NCBI GenBank assembly: GCA_033763315.1
Contig: JANRKS010000005.1
Span: forward strand, 1 to 64,000
Source: Deltaproteobacteria bacterium
GTDB taxonomy: Bacteria > Myxococcota_A > Polyangia > Fen-1088
Direction of reading: 5' to 3'
DNA: 64,000 nt
Made by a program: the position numbers and the translations under genes. This document shows, piece by piece, positions 1 to 10,974 of the stretch (the stretch's first letter is position 1; every line of letters starts with the position of its first letter). Under the pieces are notes generated by a model that made no database searches, had not been told where the DNA came from, and was given only the letters and a program-made list of their open reading frames with translations.

Positions 1-465
1 AAGCCGGGCACGTTCGCATTGGCGATGAGCCGCGGCGGGTTTGGTCTGCGTTTTTCGTTGGATCCGCACCGTGAGTTGTCCACGCGCTCGGGGCGCAAGT
101 TCGCGAAGCTGGCCGATGGCGACGACATCGTGGGCGTGATCCCAAGCCGCAAGAAAGACATCTTGGCGGTGGTGACGCGGGATTCACGTACGTTGCTGTG
201 TGAAGCCGACGACGTGGCGGAGCTGGCAGGTCCCGGCCGCGGCGTCACTGTGATCAAGCTTGAAGATGATGATCAAGTGATTGGCTTTGGTTTGGGGAAG
301 GCCGACGCCGACACGATCGTGCGCGCTGAAACGGACTCCGGAAAGACCCACAAGGTGGGGCCGGGGCACGACGAAGTGGTGAGCCGAGGCAGCAAAGGCC
401 GCGCCATCGGGAAACGAACCAAGATTGCCCGGGTGCTTCCGGCTGACGATTCACAGGTGAACTGA
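1..465 (+). CDS. parC: Type IIA topoisomerase subunit A (ParC/GyrA), C-terminal beta-pinwheel, 5'-truncated by window edge
   Basis: Frame is open from base 1. Pinwheel blade repeats (TRSGRKFAKL..GD.IVG, GRGVTVIKL..DDQVIG, SRGSKGR). Stop overlaps the ATG of subunit B. parC versus gyrA is inferred from the A-then-B order. Confidence 0.75.
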   Translation, partial: KPGTFALAMSRGGFGLRFSLDPHRELSTRSGRKFAKLADGDDIVGVIPSRKKDILAVVTRDSRTLLCEADDVAELAGPGRGVTVIKLEDDDQVIGFGLGKADADTIVRAETDSGKTHKVGPGHDEVVSRGSKGRAIGKRTKIARVLPADDSQVN

Positions 466-2366
466 TGGCAACGAATTATACAGCCGACGACATTCAAGTT
501 CTTGAGGGCCTGGAGCCGGTGCGCAAACGCCCCGGTATGTACATTGGCGGCACCGACAACAAGGGTTACCACCACCTGCTGTGGGAGATCGTCGACAACT
601 CGGTTGACGAGGCCATCAACGGCCACGCCAATTTGATCACGGTGGTGTTGCACAAGGATCTGAAGTCGGTCACTGTCACCGACAACGGCCGCGGCATCCC
701 CGTGGAGATCAAGAAGCCCTACAACAAATCGGCGCTTGAGCTCGTTCTCACCACCTTGCATGCGGGCGGCAAATTCTCGTCGGCCCAATACAAGTATTCC
801 GGTGGTTTGCACGGCGTGGGTTCATCCGTGGTGAACGCGCTGTCGTCTGAGCTTGTGGCCACCATCAAGCGCGATGGCTTTGAGTGGAAGCAGAACTACG
901 CGCAGGGGCGCGCGATGTCGAAGCTCACCAAAGAAGGCGCCACGCGCGGCACGGGGACCATGATCTTCTTCCGCCCCGATCCCGTGATCTTCGGCGATCA
1001 GAAGTTCAGTTCCGACGTCATTCGCTTTCGCCTGGAATCGAAGACGTATTTGCATAAAGGCCTCAAGATCGTCTTCAAAGACGAATCGGCCGGCACGTCA
1101 GAGACGTTTGAGCACGAAGGTGGCATCGTCGACTTTTTGGCCAAGGTGGTCAAAGACCGGGGCAAAGGCACGACCGCGCCGCAAGTGTTCTACATGCAAC
1201 GGGATGAGCCCATCGGCATCGAGGTGGCTGTGCAATGGACCGAATCGAATGAAGAAACGATTCGTTCTTACGTCAACGGCGTGCCCACCACCTCGGGCGG
1301 CAGTCACGAGCAAGGTTTGCGTGCGGCAATCGTCAAGGCCGTTCGCACGTTCATGGAGCGAGCGAATCTATCGCCCAAAGGCGTGAACATCACGGCGGAG
1401 GACATTCGCGAAGGCATCGTTGCGGTGCTTTCGATTTACATCCAAGAGCCGCAGTTCCAAGGCCAAACGAAAGAACGTTTGGGCACCCCTGAGGCACAGG
1501 GCTTGGTGGATTCAGCCGTGCGTCCGGCGCTTGAAACGTTCCTGCTGGAGAACCGCAGCTCCGGGGCGTCCATCGTGGAGCGCATCGCTTTGGCGGCCAA
1601 AGCGCGCGAGGCTTCACGAGCCGCGTCGCAAGCCGTGTCGCGCAAAACGGCGATCTCGCACCGGTTGAATTTGCCTGGCAAATTGGCCGATTGTTCTTCC
1701 ACGAGCCCCGCGGAAAGCGAGCTGTTCATCGTCGAGGGTGATTCGGCCGGTGGCTCTGCCAAACAGGGGCGCGAGCGTAAAAACCAAGCGATCTTGCCGT
1801 TGCGAGGCAAGGTGTTGAACACCGAGCAGGCGTCGTTGCAAAAGGTCCTCGGCAACAAAGAGTTGCAGGACGTGATCTCGGCCTTGGGCTGCGGTGTGGA
1901 AAAGGATTTCAGCCTGGAGCGCCTGCGGTACCACAAAATCGTGTTCATGATGGACGCCGATTCCGACGGCAACCACATCGCAACTTTGTTGCTGACGTTC
2001 TTTTACCGCCACCTGAGGCCGTTGATCGAAAACGGCTTCGTGTATCTCGCGCAGCCGCCGCTGTTCCGCGTGGATCACGGCAAACAAACATTTTGGGCGC
2101 TGGACGAAGCGGACCGCGATCGGATCGTCAAGAAGCTGCCGGCGAACGCGAAGCCGGAGATCATGCGCTTCAAAGGCTTGGGCGAAATGCAGCCTGAAGA
2201 GCTCAAGCGCACCACTTTGGACCCCAAATCCCGCCGGCTTCTGCGCGTAAAGATCCAAGACGTGGAAGAAACGGATCGCGTTTTGACCGATCTGATGGGT
2301 AAGGACGTGGAAGCGCGCTTTAAGTTCATCATGGAGCGCGCCGATCAAGCTGAGCTTGATCTTTAG
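465..2366 (+). CDS. parE: Type IIA topoisomerase subunit B (ParE/GyrB)
   Basis: [74 protein letters not shown]; 633 aa. Confidence 0.85.
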   Translation: MATNYTADDIQVLEGLEPVRKRPGMYIGGTDNKGYHHLLWEIVDNSVDEAINGHANLITVVLHKDLKSVTVTDNGRGIPVEIKKPYNKSALELVLTTLHAGGKFSSAQYKYSGGLHGVGSSVVNALSSELVATIKRDGFEWKQNYAQGRAMSKLTKEGATRGTGTMIFFRPDPVIFGDQKFSSDVIRFRLESKTYLHKGLKIVFKDESAGTSETFEHEGGIVDFLAKVVKDRGKGTTAPQVFYMQRDEPIGIEVAVQWTESNEETIRSYVNGVPTTSGGSHEQGLRAAIVKAVRTFMERANLSPKGVNITAEDIREGIVAVLSIYIQEPQFQGQTKERLGTPEAQGLVDSAVRPALETFLLENRSSGASIVERIALAAKAREASRAASQAVSRKTAISHRLNLPGKLADCSSTSPAESELFIVEGDSAGGSAKQGRERKNQAILPLRGKVLNTEQASLQKVLGNKELQDVISALGCGVEKDFSLERLRYHKIVFMMDADSDGNHIATLLLTFFYRHLRPLIENGFVYLAQPPLFRVDHGKQTFWALDEADRDRIVKKLPANAKPEIMRFKGLGEMQPEELKRTTLDPKSRRLLRVKIQDVEETDRVLTDLMGKDVEARFKFIMERADQAELDL

Positions 2367-2436
2367 GCGGGCAAGCGCACGCGCAGGCTTTTATGATGTG
2401 AGGGTGCGGGTGGCAGCGTGGCCAAGGCGAGGTGAA

Positions 2437-3690
2437 GTGCGAGCGTGGCTTGCATGGCCTTTTGTGGCGTTGGCTTTACTGGATTGTGCTGCCGCCCCTC
2501 GAGTTCAAGTCGCACCGCAAGCCGAAGCGGGTGTACTGACGGACGCCGAGCGCGACGGCCTAAACCAACGCATCGACGCGGCGTTGGCGAAGCCCTTATG
2601 GCGCCCCACATTTGTTGCGTTGATTGCAGAGGTCAACGCCCGCGTCACCCCCACGGTGCGTGAGCTGCCGTTGCTGCCGGGTTTCTTGGTGCTAGCCCAG
2701 CGGCTCTCTCACCAAGAGCACGAAAAGGCGCTGGCCACGTTGCAGACGTGGCGGGATCGGACGAGCGATCCGAAGGTCGAATCGGCGTTGTGCTTGTTGT
2801 TGGCCCAAACCTTGGCGCGGCAGGGGCGGGTGGAAACCGCTGCACTGCAGATGCGCCGTCATCTGCGCACCGGCACGGGCGTTGGCGGGGAGAGTTATCT
2901 ATGGGCGGGCACGATCGCATTGGCGCAAAGCCAGCATTCGCTTGCGGCAGTGCACTTTAATCGCGCGCTGCAGACGACGTCGTTCACGCGCGTGGCGGAA
3001 GACGAAGCCGTGCGCGCGCAAGCGGCTTTGGGCCTGGCGCTTGCGCATGATCTGCAAGGCAACGACGAATTGGTGCAGCACGCGTTGGCGCTGGCCAGTC
3101 TCTACGACGCCGGTGATCGCATGCGCAACGCCGCGTGCGATGGCCGATTGGACGCGCCCGCATTGAGCGCAGCGCAAAGCAAATATGTGTGCAACCTAGC
3201 CACGTTCGTGCTGCGGTTTTCCCTATCGGATCTACCCACGCCGTTTGCGGAATTCACTGATCCAGGCGGCCTCTATGCGCAACTGCCGTTTGCTTGGCAA
3301 AAGCGGGTGCAACACTGGCAAGCGCCGCTTGGCAAACCAAACGCGGCCCGTGGGCCGTTGCGCCTGCTGGCGGTGGCCACCACCCGCGCCGATGGACCGT
3401 GGCCCGCGATCTTGATCGATGTTTCGTGGCATCAACCGGACGCCTTCAAAGACTGCTTGGTCACACCACCCGCGGCGGGGCTGCAGCGGCTGTTGTTTAA
3501 GCTGCGCTTATCCCCGGAGGGCCGGCTGCTGACCCTTGAGCCGCAGGACAACCCGCCCGCTTGGGCCGCCATCAGCCAGTGTTTCCAGCGCCAGATGGCC
3601 GCATTGCTCACCCTGCCGCCGGCGCCCCCCGGTGAGGTCCCCCCTGGGGACACGCTGGCCTTGGTGGAGATCCTCGTCACCAGTCCCTGA
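2437..3690 (+). CDS. Exported helical-repeat (TPR-like) protein, possible AgmX/PglI-like C-terminal domain
   Basis: Hydrophobic N-terminus ending in Cys; Ala/Leu-rich helical repeats; C-terminal DCL...LRLSPEGRL...SQCF pattern. The GTG start after GAGGTG is uncertain. Confidence 0.5.
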   Translation: MRAWLAWPFVALALLDCAAAPRVQVAPQAEAGVLTDAERDGLNQRIDAALAKPLWRPTFVALIAEVNARVTPTVRELPLLPGFLVLAQRLSHQEHEKALATLQTWRDRTSDPKVESALCLLLAQTLARQGRVETAALQMRRHLRTGTGVGGESYLWAGTIALAQSQHSLAAVHFNRALQTTSFTRVAEDEAVRAQAALGLALAHDLQGNDELVQHALALASLYDAGDRMRNAACDGRLDAPALSAAQSKYVCNLATFVLRFSLSDLPTPFAEFTDPGGLYAQLPFAWQKRVQHWQAPLGKPNAARGPLRLLAVATTRADGPWPAILIDVSWHQPDAFKDCLVTPPAAGLQRLLFKLRLSPEGRLLTLEPQDNPPAWAAISQCFQRQMAALLTLPPAPPGEVPPGDTLALVEILVTSP

Positions 3691-3774
3691 CGCCTAGCGG
3701 ACCCCTGGGGAGGCTTGGGCCCAGCGCGTGATCGGTTTGGTGCCATGGTCGGCACAACGATGTACAAAGGAAGG

Positions 3775-4407
3775 GTGAGAGCCCGCTACATCGCCGTGGA
3801 AGGTCCCATCGGGGCTGGCAAGTCAACGTTGTCTCGGATCTTGTCCGAGGCGTTCGGCGCGCGGCTTATTTCTGAGGATCCAGATGGCAACCCGTTCTTG
3901 GGGGCGTTCTACAAGGATCCGAAACGCCACGCGCTTTCGGCGCAGCTGTTCTTCCTGCTGCAACGCTATTCACAACAACAGGATCTGTTGCAGGGGGATT
4001 TGTTCGCGCAGGGCGGGGTGGTTTCCGATTATTTGTTTGCCAAAGATCGTTTGTTCGCTTCACTCACGTTGTCGCCTGATGAAATGGCGCTTTACGACCG
4101 CATCTATGAAACGCTGCACCCCCGCGTACTGAAGCCGGATTTGGTGGTGTATTTGCAGGCACGCACCGACGTGCTGATGGAACGCATCCATAAACGCGGC
4201 CGCAGCGTGGAGCGGCCCATCCGCAGCGACTACATTCAAGATGTGGCGGAGGCGTATGCCCGGTATTTCTTCGGCTATAACGATAGCGCCTTGCTGATCG
4301 TCAACGCCTCCGATATTGACTTCGTTTCAAACGAAGATGACCGACGTGCCTTGCTCGACGTGGTGGCGAACACGCGCGCGGGTGTTAACCACTGGAGCCG
4401 CAGCTAA
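3775..4407 (+). CDS. Deoxynucleoside kinase
   Basis: IAVEGPIGAGKST P-loop, QLFFLLQR, DYLFAKD, PDLVVYLQA, RIHKRGR; typical position upstream of panB. Confidence 0.9.
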   Translation: MRARYIAVEGPIGAGKSTLSRILSEAFGARLISEDPDGNPFLGAFYKDPKRHALSAQLFFLLQRYSQQQDLLQGDLFAQGGVVSDYLFAKDRLFASLTLSPDEMALYDRIYETLHPRVLKPDLVVYLQARTDVLMERIHKRGRSVERPIRSDYIQDVAEAYARYFFGYNDSALLIVNASDIDFVSNEDDRRALLDVVANTRAGVNHWSRS

Positions 4408-5231
4408 TGTCCACCACCACACCCTCTCGGGCTCCGGCGAAGCTCACGGTTCAGGCCATTCGGCAACGCAAGGGCGCGGCCAAGTTGGTTGCGCTGACGG
4501 CGTATGACGTGATGTTCGCACGCTTGGCCGACGCCGCCGGCGTTGACATCGTGCTTGTGGGTGATTCGCTGGGCATGATGGTGCAGGGGCACGCCAACAC
4601 GTTGCCTGTGACGTTGGAAGACGTTGTGTATCACACGCGTGCGGTGGCGCGCGGTGTGGCGCACGCGCATCTTGTGGCCGACATGCCGTTCATGAGTTAC
4701 CAAGCAAGCCTGGAAGATGGAATTCGAGCGGCTGGCCGCTTGCTGCAACAGGGCGGTGCTGAATCGGTGAAGATTGAAGGCGGCGCCGAGGTGGCAGAGC
4801 TTGTTCACCGCCTTACCACGTACGGCATTCCCGTGATGGCTCACGTGGGCATGACGCCGCAATCCGTTCATCAATACGGTGGCTTCAAAGTGCAAGGACG
4901 CGAAGAGCAATCGCACAAGCGCATTTTAGACGGCGCCCTGGCGGTGGTCGACGCCGGCGCTTACGCCGTGGTGGTGGAGAGTGTGCCTGAGGCGCTCGGG
5001 CAAGAGCTAACACAACGTTTGCACGTGCCCACGATCGGCATCGGTGCCGGAGCGAACTGCGACGGTCAGATCTTGGTCATGCACGACGTGCTTGGTTTGG
5101 ATCCCCATTGGAAGCCGCGCTTTGCGCGCCAATACGCAGCCTTGGGTCAACAAGCGCAAGCGGCGTTTGCCGCCTACGCGGATGACGTGCGGCACGGCCG
5201 CTTTCCTTCAAACGACGAGACCTTCAAATGA
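4407..5231 (+). CDS. panB: 3-methyl-2-oxobutanoate hydroxymethyltransferase
   Basis: LTAYD, LVGDSLGM, ADMPFMSY, VKIEGG, HVGMTPQ, TIGIGAG..CDGQILV. Confidence 0.97.
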   Translation: MSTTTPSRAPAKLTVQAIRQRKGAAKLVALTAYDVMFARLADAAGVDIVLVGDSLGMMVQGHANTLPVTLEDVVYHTRAVARGVAHAHLVADMPFMSYQASLEDGIRAAGRLLQQGGAESVKIEGGAEVAELVHRLTTYGIPVMAHVGMTPQSVHQYGGFKVQGREEQSHKRILDGALAVVDAGAYAVVVESVPEALGQELTQRLHVPTIGIGAGANCDGQILVMHDVLGLDPHWKPRFARQYAALGQQAQAAFAAYADDVRHGRFPSNDETFK

Positions 5232-6076
5232 CAACGCCGCTCATCATCGAATCGCCGCAGGACATGGCGGCCTGGTCGCAAGCCAAACGCAATGGCGGCC
5301 AACGCATCGCCTTTGTTCCCACGATGGGGTTTCTCCATGAAGGGCACCAGTCTTTGCTGCGGCATGGACGCACACAAGCCGATGCTCTGGTCATGTCGCT
5401 GTTTGTGAACCCCACGCAGTTCGGGCCCAACGAAGATTTGGCGAGGTATCCGCGGGATCTTGAAGGCGACCTTGAAAAAGCCGCGGCCGAGGGAACCGAC
5501 GTTGTGTTCGCGCCACGTGCAGAGCAGCTTTATCCTGCGGGCTATCAGACGTTCATCGAAGTTGAACAGGTGTCGCAAGGTTTGTGTGGCGACCGTCGCC
5601 CAGGGCACTTTCGTGGCGTGGCCACCGTTGTGGCGAAGCTGTTCAACATCGTGCGGCCCCACGTGGCGATGTTTGGCGAAAAGGATTTTCAGCAGCTGGC
5701 GGTGATTCGGCGCATGGTGCTCGATTTGAACATGGACGTGGACATCGTGGGCTTGCCCACGGTACGCGAGCCCGACGGCTTGGCGAAATCGTCTCGCAAC
5801 ACGTATCTGAGCGCGCAAGAGCGAGCGCGAGCGCTGTCGCTGTCGCGCGGTCTGCAGGCGGCTGTGAGCCTGCGCGCCGTGGGTGAAACATCCGCGGCGG
5901 TGTTGCGTGCCGCCGCCTACGCAGAATTGTCAGGTCATGTCGATCGACTGGAGTACCTTGAGGTGCGGGACGCGGAGAGCCTGCGCCTCGTTGATCAGGT
6001 GGAACGGCCTGCCGTGATCTTGGTGGCGGCACACATCGGGAAGACGCGGCTGATCGACAACATGCGGCTCGATTGA
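5228..6076 (+). CDS. panC: Pantoate--beta-alanine ligase
   Basis: FVPTMGFLHEGH, FVNPTQFGPNEDL..YPR, RPGHFRGV, FGEKDFQQ, REPDGLAKSSRN, RLIDN. Confidence 0.97.
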   Translation: MTTPLIIESPQDMAAWSQAKRNGGQRIAFVPTMGFLHEGHQSLLRHGRTQADALVMSLFVNPTQFGPNEDLARYPRDLEGDLEKAAAEGTDVVFAPRAEQLYPAGYQTFIEVEQVSQGLCGDRRPGHFRGVATVVAKLFNIVRPHVAMFGEKDFQQLAVIRRMVLDLNMDVDIVGLPTVREPDGLAKSSRNTYLSAQERARALSLSRGLQAAVSLRAVGETSAAVLRAAAYAELSGHVDRLEYLEVRDAESLRLVDQVERPAVILVAAHIGKTRLIDNMRLD

Positions 6077-6197
6077 ACCGCGGCGGCGTGTGTGATGCAC
6101 ACACCCTTGGTACGATGGCTGATGACGAGCACGATGTAGGGCTTGTTGATCCCGTGTGAGCTTTGCGGCGCATCCGGGGGTCGAAGTAAAATGTCTG

Positions 6198-7409
6198 ATG
6201 GCTTTTCAAGTTGAGCACCAGTGCCCGCAGTGTGGGGCAACGGTGCAACTTGAGGATGCGGATCGGGTATTGACGTGCGCGTTCTGTGGCGTCTCACACC
6301 TGCTGCACACGCCGCAATACCACCGCTTCACCCTGCCTGTTCGTTATGACGGCAAAGATTTGTTGTGGGTGCCTTACTTGCACTTTAAAGGCAGCGCGTT
6401 TGTGATCGAACAAGGGGAGGTCAAAGAGCGCGTGTTGCACGTGTCGGCGCCCGGGGCTCCGTCCGTGTCACTTCCGCCCAGCCTTGGGTTTCGCAGCCAA
6501 ACACAGAAGTTGAAGTTTCTGAAGAGCACGGACGCAGGCGATTTTCTGCGCTTTTCTGCAAGGCCCAGCGAGCTTCTCAAGGGCGCTTTGATCGCCGCGG
6601 GTGCGCAACGGCACGGCCAGCCGGCCTACATTGGCGAGACGGCGTGCCTAATCTATCTGCCGCTTACGCGCGCGGAAGATGGCCGATATCTGGATGGCGT
6701 CACGGGCCACCCATTGTCACAGGAGCCGAGCTTTGATCCTCCCCTTGTTGAGCCGCCCGCACCGGATCTCACCGTCTTGCCGGCGCTGTGCCCCGGCTGC
6801 GGCGGCGGCCTGATGGTGAGTCCCCAGGCCGTCGCGTACCCCTGCGCCAACTGCGCCGCCCTGTGGGAATGGGTGGGCGGCCAGCTGGTCAAGCGCGCGA
6901 TTGCCATCGTCGATCCGAAGCCTGGGCTGCAGTGGCTGCCGTTTTGGGTTTTCCCGCCGCTGCAGGAGGCGCCGGCCACCTGGGGCGAGCTCGCGGACAC
7001 CACGGGGCAACCGTTGGCGCTGCGTCAGCCATCGGCGCAGGCCTGGGCTTTTTGGTGCCCCGCCTTCAAAGTGCGCCCCCGAACGCTGCTGCGGCTCGCC
7101 GAACGCGTGTCGCTCGCGCCCCCTTTTGTCGCACGCGAGCCAGAATCGCCCGCTGCCGTGGACCTGCAAGCGCTGTCAGTGCATCCAATCACTTTGCCGT
7201 CCCGCGAGGCGGGTGAAATGCTTCCTGTCGCTTTGGCTTCGATGACATTCACCGTTTTGGCGCGCGCGGTGTTGTTCAACCGAAGGACCACGTTGGGTGC
7301 ACCCACCTTGGTTTACCTGCCGTTTGCGACGGAAGGAATGGATCTGGTCAATCGAACCCTGCAACTGGCGATAAACATTGGAGCGTTGGGCTTTGGTGAC
7401 AGCCTTTAA
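6198..7409 (+). CDS. Hypothetical protein with two zinc-ribbon motifs
   Basis: CPQC..CAFC at the N-terminus and CPGC..CANC centrally. Confidence 0.7.
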   Translation: MAFQVEHQCPQCGATVQLEDADRVLTCAFCGVSHLLHTPQYHRFTLPVRYDGKDLLWVPYLHFKGSAFVIEQGEVKERVLHVSAPGAPSVSLPPSLGFRSQTQKLKFLKSTDAGDFLRFSARPSELLKGALIAAGAQRHGQPAYIGETACLIYLPLTRAEDGRYLDGVTGHPLSQEPSFDPPLVEPPAPDLTVLPALCPGCGGGLMVSPQAVAYPCANCAALWEWVGGQLVKRAIAIVDPKPGLQWLPFWVFPPLQEAPATWGELADTTGQPLALRQPSAQAWAFWCPAFKVRPRTLLRLAERVSLAPPFVAREPESPAAVDLQALSVHPITLPSREAGEMLPVALASMTFTVLARAVLFNRRTTLGAPTLVYLPFATEGMDLVNRTLQLAINIGALGFGDSL

Positions 7410-7479
7410 GGGCCGGCGCTGCCGCTCGGGGTCTTGCCGGGGTCGAAAGCCTGGCCTTGTTTCTGCTTGGAGTGATTTC

Positions 7480-9036
7480 ATGCACAGCGTAAGTCGACGA
7501 CACTGGATCCCCGTTTTGGCCCTGTCTGGCTGCTTTGCCGCGGCCTGCGACGGCCAAGCCGCCAAGCGCGACGTGACCGCTGACGGCGCGGGCGGCGCGG
7601 GCGGCGATACAGCCGGCGGCGGGGGAGCTTCGGCGCCCGCTGTGATTCCCAATGACGGTCCCTGTGCCTTGGCGTTAAACGAAGTGGCGTTGTACCAAGC
7701 CGTGAAGATCCCTCTGGCTGTGCCGGATCCCAACACATCTTTGAGCGCGGCCACCGAACGCAACGCAGACGTGGTGGTGGGGCGCCCCGCCATGATTCGT
7801 GCGTTCGCCACGCCCACCGACCAATGGCAAGGCATCGCCACCGCGCGCCTTACATTGATTTCATCAAAGGGCACAAAAACGATTGATGCCACGAACGATC
7901 TGCGTCGCCCGTCTAACGACTTGCAGTTCGACAGCACGTTTAATTTTGACGTGCCCGCGGGTGCAATCGATGAAGACACCGCTTGGCGCGTGGACGTGGT
8001 AAGCCCGGCCAGCTGCGCCAACGTGGCGATCGCTCGCTTTCCCAACACCGGTGGCATTGGCTTGGGCGCGCGCACAACGGGTGTCGTGAAAGTGATGTTG
8101 GTTCCGGTGCAGTACGATACGGATGCTTCGGGCCGCTTGCCAGACATCACGGCCACGCAGATCGAACGCTTTCGTGCCTTGGTGATGTCGATGTATCCCG
8201 CGACCGCTGTGGAGATCGCGGTGCGTGAGCCGGTGAGCACAAAGCTGGGCGTGAAGGCATCCGATGGTTGGGAAGATCTGCTTGATGCACTTCGGTTGGT
8301 GCGACAACAAGATCGTGCGGCCGCGGATGTGCATTACTACGGCGTTGTGAATCCAGCGTCCACGTTCAACACCTACTGCGGCCGCGCGTGCACCGCGGGC
8401 ATTGCCTACGTGACGAGAGACCAGCAACCCTCGCTGCGCGTGGGCGTGGGCGTGGGCTTTACCGGTCAGTTTGCGGCTCAAACGTTCGCACACGAGCTTG
8501 GTCACCAACACGGGCGTTTGCATTCGCCATGCAACGTCGATGGCGATACCAATTATCCTTATGCCAAAGGCGGCATTGGATCATGGGGCTTCGACGCCTC
8601 ATCGAGCCGCGTGATCGATCCCGCAGCCTTTTCCGACATCATGGGGTATTGCAGCCCCACGTGGGTGAGCGACTTTACCTATCAAGGCTTGCTTGAGCAC
8701 TTGGCGTTGCTGCGCAGCCAACCTTCGGTGCAGGCGCTCAAAACGGAACGTACCTGGCGCGTCTTGATTGTGAATGGCGAAGGCCAATCAAAGTGGGGGC
8801 ACCCCCTTACGACGGCAGACGAGCCTTCAGGCGACGTCCAAACGGCCCAGGTGTTTGATGGCGACGGGACTCTGGTCGCAGAGCCTGCCGTTTATCGCAT
8901 CAGCATCGGTGATTCGGGGACCGCCATGGTGTGGGTGCCCGAACCCGAACGCGATTGGGTTCGCGTTGTGGTGCCAGGGGCGTCACCGCTAAGATTTGAC
9001 GAGCCGGTGGCGACGCCGAAGCTGCTGCCGCTTTAG
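7480..9036 (+). CDS. Metzincin zinc metallopeptidase lipoprotein (M66-like)
   Basis: HELGHQHGRLH (HExxHxxGxxH) plus DIMGYC Met-turn; lipobox FAAAC followed by a Gly-rich linker. Confidence 0.8.
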   Translation: MHSVSRRHWIPVLALSGCFAAACDGQAAKRDVTADGAGGAGGDTAGGGGASAPAVIPNDGPCALALNEVALYQAVKIPLAVPDPNTSLSAATERNADVVVGRPAMIRAFATPTDQWQGIATARLTLISSKGTKTIDATNDLRRPSNDLQFDSTFNFDVPAGAIDEDTAWRVDVVSPASCANVAIARFPNTGGIGLGARTTGVVKVMLVPVQYDTDASGRLPDITATQIERFRALVMSMYPATAVEIAVREPVSTKLGVKASDGWEDLLDALRLVRQQDRAAADVHYYGVVNPASTFNTYCGRACTAGIAYVTRDQQPSLRVGVGVGFTGQFAAQTFAHELGHQHGRLHSPCNVDGDTNYPYAKGGIGSWGFDASSSRVIDPAAFSDIMGYCSPTWVSDFTYQGLLEHLALLRSQPSVQALKTERTWRVLIVNGEGQSKWGHPLTTADEPSGDVQTAQVFDGDGTLVAEPAVYRISIGDSGTAMVWVPEPERDWVRVVVPGASPLRFDEPVATPKLLPL

Positions 9037-9253
9037 GCTTTCGCAGCTGTCGTTCGGTCCGTTCTTCACCACGAACGCTGAAGCCACGCCCATCCATAGT
9101 GAGGGCCGCCTTGGTGCCGCTTGCGGCTAACGCACCAAAGGTGGATGGGTACCCTGTTCGAAATACATAGCTTTAGCCTGCTGACGATCGACATTCATTG
9201 AAACGAGCGCCGCCGTACCCTTGTGTGTGCACCAAAGTCATCGGAGGTACGTG

Positions 9254-10966
9254 ATGCGCTTGGCGAAGTTTCCCGTGTTCGTGGTCGTTGTATCGCTGTG
9301 TCAGGCCGCCTGCGGTGGCGTGGTTTCAGACGCATCAGGATCCAAGGAAAGTGGCAATGGCGGTGAGGTGGATGTGGGGTCTCGCGGAGCGGCCGGCGGC
9401 GTGTCTGCCGGCGCGGGCGCTCTAGACTGCAAAGGCCGCAGTCCCGTAGGGCCCGCTCCCCTCGTTCGGCTGACCAATCGTCAGTACGTCAACACATTGA
9501 ACGACCTGTTCGCTGGCTTTACCTTGCCTGCCGACCAGCTGACGCTACCGGCCGAAAGCGTAACGAAGGGCTACTCTCGCGTCGCCGACGTGCAGGCCCC
9601 TTCCGCGGCCTTGATCGATGCATTGCAACGCAACGCCGCGACCGTTGCTACCGTCGTCACGGCCGACGTCACCAAACTTGTTTCTTGCACGCCAACGGAT
9701 GCGGCGAGTGAGTCAGCCTGCGGGCGCACCTTCTTGGCACGTTTTGGCAAACAGGTGTTTCGGCGTCCTCTGACCGCAGAAGAGACCACGCGCTACCTTG
9801 CACGTTTTGAAGCGGCACGAACGCAGTGGGGATTCGCTTCCGCTGTGTCTGTGCTCGTCTCGGGGCTTCTGCAGTCTCCGAACTTCATTTACCGACCAGA
9901 GTTCGACGCAACTTCGTCGTCTAAGGATCCGACATTGGTCAACAGCTACGCGTTTGCAAGCCGCCTCTCTTACTTCTTGACCGACGGACCGCCTGACGCC
10001 GCTCTTATGGCCAGTGCTGACACGGGCGCTCTGGTGGACGTTGCGACGATCGATAAGCACGCACGGCGGCTTATGGCCACACCGCGTGCACGCGCTTTGG
10101 TGGCCGAATTTCATCGGCAGTGGTTGCAGTTTGACAGGTTGAAGGATTTGAAGAAAGCGCCCGACCTGTTCCCAAAGTTCGATGGCGCCATGGCTTCTGC
10201 GCTTGCACAAAGCACCTTGAGTTGGGTCGACAAAGTGTTTTGGGACGAGGGCCACACGTTGTCGGCGTTTCTGACCGACAACCACGCGTTCGTTAACGAC
10301 GCGCTTGCCCCCATCTATGGTGTTAAAGCGCCGGCCTCGAGCCAACTCTCCTGGATGGAAGTGCCTGCAGACCAGCGTTCAGGCATTCTTACGCAAGCGG
10401 GCTTGCTTGCTGCGTTCGCACATCAACGCAACGACGCGCCGGTGTTGCGTGGTGTGTTCGTGCTCGACCGCCTGCTGTGTGCGCCACCGGCCGCGCCGCC
10501 CATCAACGTGAATGTGGGAGCGGCCGAGGCCAAACCCGGCGCGATTCTCACAACGCGCCAGATGCTTGAACAAACGCACACAGGACCGGCGTGTGCGGCC
10601 TGCCACAAGGTGATTGACGGTGCGGGTTTCGGCTTTGAAAACTACGACGCCATTGGTGGCTTTCGCACCACCGAAGCTGGCCAAGACGTAGACGCGCGTG
10701 GGGAGCTTTTTGGCACCGACATTGATGGCACATTCAACGGGGCCGTTGAGCTGGGCAAGAAGTTGGCCGGCAGCACGCAAGTGCAGCGGTGTTTGACGTC
10801 ACAATGGCTGGCGTTCGCGTTGGCAACCACGCACGAGGAACTCGACGAATGTGTTGTTGAGCCTATCGTTCAGCGTTTTGCGGCCAAGGGCCACGATCTG
10901 CGCGAATTGTTGGTGGCCATCGCAACCAGCGACGCTTTTCGCTTCCGGCCTGCTTCCAATCAATAA
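9254..10966 (+). CDS. DUF1587/1595/1592/1588/1585 monoheme lipoprotein
   Basis: Lipobox QAAC, RLTNRQYVNT..DL, LQSPNFIYRPE, ASRLSYFL..GPPD, PVLRG, CAACH, GFGFENYDAIG; GGAGG RBS. Confidence 0.9.
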   Translation: MRLAKFPVFVVVVSLCQAACGGVVSDASGSKESGNGGEVDVGSRGAAGGVSAGAGALDCKGRSPVGPAPLVRLTNRQYVNTLNDLFAGFTLPADQLTLPAESVTKGYSRVADVQAPSAALIDALQRNAATVATVVTADVTKLVSCTPTDAASESACGRTFLARFGKQVFRRPLTAEETTRYLARFEAARTQWGFASAVSVLVSGLLQSPNFIYRPEFDATSSSKDPTLVNSYAFASRLSYFLTDGPPDAALMASADTGALVDVATIDKHARRLMATPRARALVAEFHRQWLQFDRLKDLKKAPDLFPKFDGAMASALAQSTLSWVDKVFWDEGHTLSAFLTDNHAFVNDALAPIYGVKAPASSQLSWMEVPADQRSGILTQAGLLAAFAHQRNDAPVLRGVFVLDRLLCAPPAAPPINVNVGAAEAKPGAILTTRQMLEQTHTGPACAACHKVIDGAGFGFENYDAIGGFRTTEAGQDVDARGELFGTDIDGTFNGAVELGKKLAGSTQVQRCLTSQWLAFALATTHEELDECVVEPIVQRFAAKGHDLRELLVAIATSDAFRFRPASNQ

Positions 10967-10974
10967 GGAGTCTC

